A stretch of DNA of 37,951 nucleotides from a virus. The notes beneath the pieces are model-generated. The model did no database searches, was not told the origin of the DNA, and saw only the letters and a program-made list of their open reading frames with translations. Of the stretch, positions 33,704 through 37,951 are shown in pieces. The stretch's first letter is position 1. Each line of letters starts with the position of its first letter. Where the stretch lies: positions 1 through 37,951 of the IMG/VR virus record IMGVR_UViG_3300043036_000015; one strand, 5' to 3'. The position numbers and the translations under genes were made by a program.

Positions 33704-35937
33704 GCTTGTCCTTTCAGGGCGGCAATCTCTGCGCCTTGTGCGTCAACAATGGCTTTGAGTTCTTGAATGGCAGCGGTCAGTGTGGCAACAAGGAACGATG
33801 TGTCGATGCCTTGGTAATTAGGGCGCGTTTGTTCGTTACCATCTTCATCGGTGTAGGTTTCGACTGCGTCTTTTGCGCCAACAACGGCGTCAGGCATAAC
33901 CTCAGCCAGTTCATGCGCAATAAAGCCTTCACCAACAGATTCGTCAGCGTTCCACTTGTAGGTGACAGGCTTGAGCGCAGCGACACGAACCAGCGCGTTC
34001 GTCATTGGAGCAATGTCATGTTTCAAGCGGTAATCGGAAGAAGTGCTGTACGTAGTCGCGCTGCCGTTGGTGCTAATATTTCCCACGTTTCCGTTGCCGT
34101 TGTAAAAACGCCCGTGGATTACCGTGGTTGTTGGCCCTGTTTCACTCACAAAACCAGCGATGGAAGCTGTTGCATCAAGTCCCAAGCGAGTTTGACCAGA
34201 CACTGCGGTGGTTCGGCCAATAAGCAAAGTACCATCGGAATCAAGGCGCATACGCTCTGTGCCTGATCTAGTCCAAATATGCGTCCAAGCATCGTATTGA
34301 GCATTTGCCCAGTTACCACCACCGCTGTTTACTGTGCGAAAGACTTTTGCAGTGGTAGAACCATCACTTGATCCGGCGTCAAAACTGCGGACTTGAAACG
34401 CATAATTTGCAGTGCTTGAGGCAATTTGAATGTCTGCTTTTGAACCAGAATAAGGTGAAGTAACCCCCGAACCGAGGTTGCCGCTTGAATCCAGCGTCAT
34501 CGCCTGAGTAAAGCTAATAGCGTTACCGGCTGTGCCAGAGGCTGCGTTGAACCACTTATGGACACCTGAATCTTGCAAATACAAAGCGGCTAGTCCAGTA
34601 CCTATATATTTTGAACTTCCATCGTTGTAATAATTGCTTCCAACAATTGCTATGTTTCCCGTTCCGCCAAAAGACGCTCCAGTGCTTGCTTGAAACATCT
34701 TGTATGAAGACCCCCAAGCACTTGGAGTGACACCCACGCCGAGGTTGCTTCCATCAAACACCAGCGCAGAACCAGAGGTCAGTACTTTAGAACCGTTGAG
34801 GTAGGTCACTCCGTTGGCTGTGCCACCGTTGTGCGTAACAGTTGACGATGTGGTCAGTGTTGTTACATTTGCTGTACCTCCAGATACATTGGTAGCTGTA
34901 GTAGCAGTGCCTGCATTACCTGAGATAGAACCTGTGATAGTACTGGAGAAAGTTTTAGTACCTCCCACAGTTTGATCACCTGTAAGCTTAACAACAGCGT
35001 TATCGGCAGCGTAACCAGCAGAGGCGTGGTTACCCCAACCATACGATGTATTCCAGTTAGAGGAATTGTTAGTAGTACTATACCAGCTAGAGGCTAAGTA
35101 CACAGGATCTGTTTCTGTGTAGCTTTGAAGGGCTGTATCAGCCTTGACACCCTGAGCAGCAGTTGCATAAGCAGTGCTTGCAGTAGTAGCAGCAGTTCCC
35201 AAGCCTAAGTTGGTACGTGCTGTAGAAGCACTAGCCAAGTCAGATAAGTTGTTAGCCCGAAGTGCAGCCAATGTTGTATCAGCAGGCGTGTAACCTAAAG
35301 CTGTGGTAACATCAGAGCTTGTCAATGTAACAGCACCTGTTCGTGTGTTGAAAGAAGACACAGCAGCACCTGCTGAGAAATCAACCCACGCTGATCCTGT
35401 ATACACACGCATCTCAGGAACAGTAGTGTTAAAGTACAAAGCACCTGTCAGTAAAGCACCACCATCGTTATCAACGGAAGGATTGCTTGTCTTAGCGCCT
35501 AAGTAGCGATCATCAAAGTTATCGTAGACAGCCTGAGCAGATGCCAAAGCAGCCTCAGCAGCAGCTTGAGCAGTCTCTGCATTGGCTTCGGCAGTCTCAG
35601 CGTTAGCTTCAGCAGTTTCAGCGTTAGTCTCAGCTAACTCAGCAGCAGTCTGTGCAGCCTCGGCAGCAGTCTGAGCAGCTTCAGCGGCAGCTTGAGCAGC
35701 CTCGGCAGCAGCCTGTGCAGTCTCAGCGTTAGCCTCGGCAGTCTCTGCATTGGCCTCTGCTGTCTCTGCATTAGTCTCAGCAGTGGCAGCAGCAGCGGCA
35801 CTGGCTGAAGCAGCAACAGCCGAAGTAGCAGCTTGATCTTTATAGCCTTCTGCTTCATCGGCAATGATACGGACTTCTGTTACGTCTGTATCACTACGAG
35901 CTTCACCTGTTCCTCCGGGGCCACGATAGATGGTCAT
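33700..35937 (-). CDS. Tail fibre/spike with an Ala-rich heptad stalk and a C-terminal S74-type intramolecular chaperone domain
   Basis: 745 aa. AETAEAN-type repeats occupy about residues 45-135. The C-terminal SSDYRLKHDIAPM...YKWN...GFIAHELAEVMPDAV...IDTSFLVATLTAAIQELK matches the autocleaving chaperone domain of endosialidase-type fibres. Confidence 0.8.
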   Translation of the reverse strand: MTIYRGPGGTGEARSDTDVTEVRIIADEAEGYKDQAATSAVAASASAAAAATAETNAETAEANAETAEANAETAQAAAEAAQAAAEAAQTAAEAAQTAAELAETNAETAEANAETAEANAETAQAAAEAALASAQAVYDNFDDRYLGAKTSNPSVDNDGGALLTGALYFNTTVPEMRVYTGSAWVDFSAGAAVSSFNTRTGAVTLTSSDVTTALGYTPADTTLAALRANNLSDLASASTARTNLGLGTAATTASTAYATAAQGVKADTALQSYTETDPVYLASSWYSTTNNSSNWNTSYGWGNHASAGYAADNAVVKLTGDQTVGGTKTFSSTITGSISGNAGTATTATNVSGGTANVTTLTTSSTVTHNGGTANGVTYLNGSKVLTSGSALVFDGSNLGVGVTPSAWGSSYKMFQASTGASFGGTGNIAIVGSNYYNDGSSKYIGTGLAALYLQDSGVHKWFNAASGTAGNAISFTQAMTLDSSGNLGSGVTSPYSGSKADIQIASSTANYAFQVRSFDAGSSDGSTTAKVFRTVNSGGGNWANAQYDAWTHIWTRSGTERMRLDSDGTLLIGRTTAVSGQTRLGLDATASIAGFVSETGPTTTVIHGRFYNGNGNVGNISTNGSATTYSTSSDYRLKHDIAPMTNALVRVAALKPVTYKWNADESVGEGFIAHELAEVMPDAVVGAKDAVETYTDEDGNEQTRPNYQGIDTSFLVATLTAAIQELKAIVDAQGAEIAALKGQA

Positions 35938-36148
35938 ACAATTTCCTTAGTCTTCTTAACTTGTTTAACTGTTTTCTTTACAGGCTCTGGAACATCAGGG
36001 GTAATCTCGTACCACTCAGGATTGTCCCTAAAACTCTTAATATCTACTTCACGAGTAACAGTAGCAATAGTCTGAGGTCTAGTGCTATGCTTCATTTGAA
36101 AGCTTACCATGTCTGTATCTCCTTTGTTTAGTACTCACTGAGTAAGTA

Positions 36149-36178
36149 ATAAAGAAAAGAGAAGCCCCGAAGGGCCTC
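36149..36178 (-). terminator. Rho-independent terminator after the capsid gene
   Basis: The minus-strand RNA reads GAGGCCC-UUCG-GGGCUUC followed by UCUUUUCUUUAUU. It starts 18 nt after the capsid stop. Confidence 0.85.
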
Positions 36179-36196
36179 CCTAAAGCTACTTAGCTA

Positions 36197-37120
36197 TTAA
36201 GCGGCAGAAGCGTCAACGATGATTGGCACTGCGCTGTAGTCACGCAGTTCGCCAACGCCGTACAGAGTGTCAGCAGTGAACAAGTTACCGAGGTATTCTT
36301 GTTTGTACTGAGTCTGAGCGCGAACGCCGATCTGCTCAACCAACACAGCCCAGTCGCGGTGGAACATCAAAGCCACACGGTCAGAAGCGGTGTTACCAGC
36401 AGCGGTATCGCAGTTGGTGGACACATACACTTTCACGCCGTAGATGTCGCCGAACTCGCCGTTCATCAAGGTAGTGCCGTTGCCTTTGAAAGCTTGCTCG
36501 GTGAAACGGTTGATACCCAACATGCTGTTACGAGCAACAGGAGGAACCACCAACGAACGACCGTCCATAGGAACGTCTTGATCGTCCAGCAACTGGATAG
36601 CTGCACGGATACCAGCATCAGCGATGTTGGCAGCGTTGGACGAAGAGTAGGTGTAAGCAGCGCCAGTGGAGCCGATGATACCACCAGAGTACTGAGCGTT
36701 AGCGGAGCTACCGCCACGAGCAGCGCGACCCAACTGGATCAAGGAAGTGTCAACCTTCTTGCCCAGAGCGTGACCAGCGTCATCAGTGTAGAAAGAACGC
36801 AGGCTCGACAGAGCTTGGGCTTCCACGATGTCTTCGATCAAGCGGCTGTACTCGAAGTGGTTGTTAATAGAAATGGACACATCGCCTTCAGTTGCAGCGA
36901 TCAAGGTGACTTGAGCGCCAGCAGCCTTAGCGGTTGCAGTACCACGGGTAGGCGAAGGAATGTGAACGGTGTCACCTTTCTTGCCCTTGAAGCTCATCTT
37001 CTTGACCAAGTTGGCCATGACGAGGGATTTTTTGTATGCTGCCACAATCTCATCAGACCAAACTTCAGGGATGAAGGTTGCTGCGGTTGTGATTGTGACG
37101 TTATCTGTACCTAAAGCCAT
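36197..37120 (-). CDS. Major capsid protein
   Basis: 307 aa with a strong AGGAG SD, biased codon usage, a position after the scaffold gene and a dedicated terminator. The N-terminal FIPEVWS motif is common in HK97-fold capsid proteins. Confidence 0.85.
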   Translation of the reverse strand: MALGTDNVTITTAATFIPEVWSDEIVAAYKKSLVMANLVKKMSFKGKKGDTVHIPSPTRGTATAKAAGAQVTLIAATEGDVSISINNHFEYSRLIEDIVEAQALSSLRSFYTDDAGHALGKKVDTSLIQLGRAARGGSSANAQYSGGIIGSTGAAYTYSSSNAANIADAGIRAAIQLLDDQDVPMDGRSLVVPPVARNSMLGINRFTEQAFKGNGTTLMNGEFGDIYGVKVYVSTNCDTAAGNTASDRVALMFHRDWAVLVEQIGVRAQTQYKQEYLGNLFTADTLYGVGELRDYSAVPIIVDASAA

Positions 37121-37155
37121 TTAAAATACTCCTATAAATTCAAGAAAAATAATTG

Positions 37156-37938
37156 TTACTTAACTCGACCTTGTGCATAAGCTGCCATGATTTCAGGTTG
37201 GAGCAGCTCATACCGATCTGGGTCGGTCATCTTCAGACGGATTAAATCCGCACGGCGGTAAACTTTCTTTGCAACTTCGCCAGATCCACTTGTATCCACA
37301 CCAGCGGCTCGAAGAGCTTGTGCTTGTTGTTTCTTACCAGTTTCCTGTATGTTGTTGTTACGAACCTGTTTAAGTTCTTTGTACGTGCTTAAGAGTTCAT
37401 CTGCTGAACCGAAGTCAAACTCTGCATCAGCCTTGGCATACAGACTCAGACGAATAGGGCTTGCCTTGACCCACTCCTGAAATCCAGTGTCGTTGGCAAT
37501 ACTGCCAAAGTCAGGATGTTTGGAAGCAAGCTGCTGCGCTGTCTTCATCCGTTTAAGCTCAAGGTTGGCTTGTTTAGCCTCCAGAACTGCGGGGTTATTC
37601 TCGATTGCACGTTTAATCGAATCTTGAGGGTTCTCAAAGAAATCAACTTCGGGCGTACTTTCAACAGTCTGTGCCTTATCGCTTTCGAGTTGTCGTTTAA
37701 GCAGTTGATCCGCTAATGAACGTACTTCGTGTACTTCCTGTGCTTGCCTCCCAATCATCTTTTCAGCTTCTTGGTGCATCTTAACAATATCCTCTAAGGA
37801 CTTGTCTTTGTATTTATCAGGAATTACCTTCTCTACTACAGGCTCTGGAGTTTGTTCCACTGCGGGAGTCTCTTGTACCTGTTCTTCATCAATCGTATCC
37901 AAGTTTGGGTCAAACGATTCTTGCTCAATAAGTGCCAT
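37156..37938 (-). CDS. Scaffolding protein (putative)
   Basis: 260 aa, acidic and helical, located immediately upstream of the capsid gene. Confidence 0.65.
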   Translation of the reverse strand: MALIEQESFDPNLDTIDEEQVQETPAVEQTPEPVVEKVIPDKYKDKSLEDIVKMHQEAEKMIGRQAQEVHEVRSLADQLLKRQLESDKAQTVESTPEVDFFENPQDSIKRAIENNPAVLEAKQANLELKRMKTAQQLASKHPDFGSIANDTGFQEWVKASPIRLSLYAKADAEFDFGSADELLSTYKELKQVRNNNIQETGKKQQAQALRAAGVDTSGSGEVAKKVYRRADLIRLKMTDPDRYELLQPEIMAAYAQGRVK

Positions 37939-37951
37939 ACTATTATTCTCC
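37825..37951. repeat. Terminal overlap, copy 2 (identical to 1..127)
   Basis: Exact 127-bp match to the window start. Confidence 0.97.

Noticed and set aside
33691-34266. 191-aa plus-strand ORF, together with similar antisense or alternative-frame ORFs at 35303-35506, 35634-35864, 26120-26557, 25463-25891, 23407-23913 and 21284-21988
   Set aside because: All are embedded in longer ORFs on the other strand or in another frame that have recognisable motifs. They have no start context, and the repeat-rich or biased composition explains the open frames.
29795-35937. Diversity-generating retroelement acting on the repeat-rich fibre genes
   Set aside because: There is no reverse transcriptase ORF anywhere in the genome, and no template/variable repeat pair with adenine-specific differences.
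36047-36077. Programmed -1 ribosomal frameshift joining the mini-ORF to the start-less frame upstream of the fibre gene
   Set aside because: There is no X XXY YYZ slippery heptamer or homopolymer in the overlap window and no obvious downstream stimulatory structure. It is kept only as a low-interest note.
36299-37114. 271-aa ORF on the plus strand, antisense to the capsid gene
   Set aside because: It lies entirely within the well-supported minus-strand capsid CDS. It has no SD and a low-complexity, Ser/Val/Arg-heavy translation typical of shadow frames in codon-biased genes.
1-37951. Lysogeny module, defence system (RM, TA, Abi, CBASS and similar) or transposon cargo
   Set aside because: I recognised no integrase, repressor or antirepressor pair, recombinase, methyltransferase, reverse transcriptase, toxin-antitoxin pair or transposase motifs in any frame. 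The only mobile element seen is the intron.

Overview
The window is one complete phage genome. Bases 1-127 are repeated exactly at 37825-37951, so the unique length is 37,824 bp. It looks like a virulent podovirus with a T7-like replication module: gp4-like primase-helicase, family A DNA polymerase, acidic-tailed SSB, 5'-3' exonuclease and gp3-like endonuclease I. I found no phage RNA polymerase, integrase or repressor. Four near-consensus sigma70 promoters suggest it relies on host RNA polymerase. Two gene arms diverge from a 1.17-kb ORF-free control region (4485-5671) and converge on a bidirectional terminator (22701-22731). The plus arm carries about 15 small early genes, the replication genes, a tRNA-Leu(UAA), a nucleotide-metabolism block (ThyX, MazG, class I RNR alpha/beta, glutaredoxin, PhoH) and a ClpP-like protease. 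The minus arm carries terS, terL, portal, scaffold, capsid, two fibre genes, gp11/gp12-like tail tube genes, three large internal-virion-type proteins, an M15 endolysin and membrane proteins. Three things stand out. (1) The DNA polymerase gene is split inside motif B by a 672-nt subgroup IA-like group I intron that carries an HNH-type endonuclease ORF. (2) The control region has three perfect plus two 8/9 DnaA boxes, a roughly 300-bp array of 20-bp-phased AGTCAC iterons bracketed by a perfect 17-bp inverted repeat, an AT-rich palindrome-filled leader and a perfect consensus promoter for the structural operon. (3) Short motif families recur at promoters and leaders. All protein calls rest on motif recognition by eye, gene order and size. 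No database search was run.
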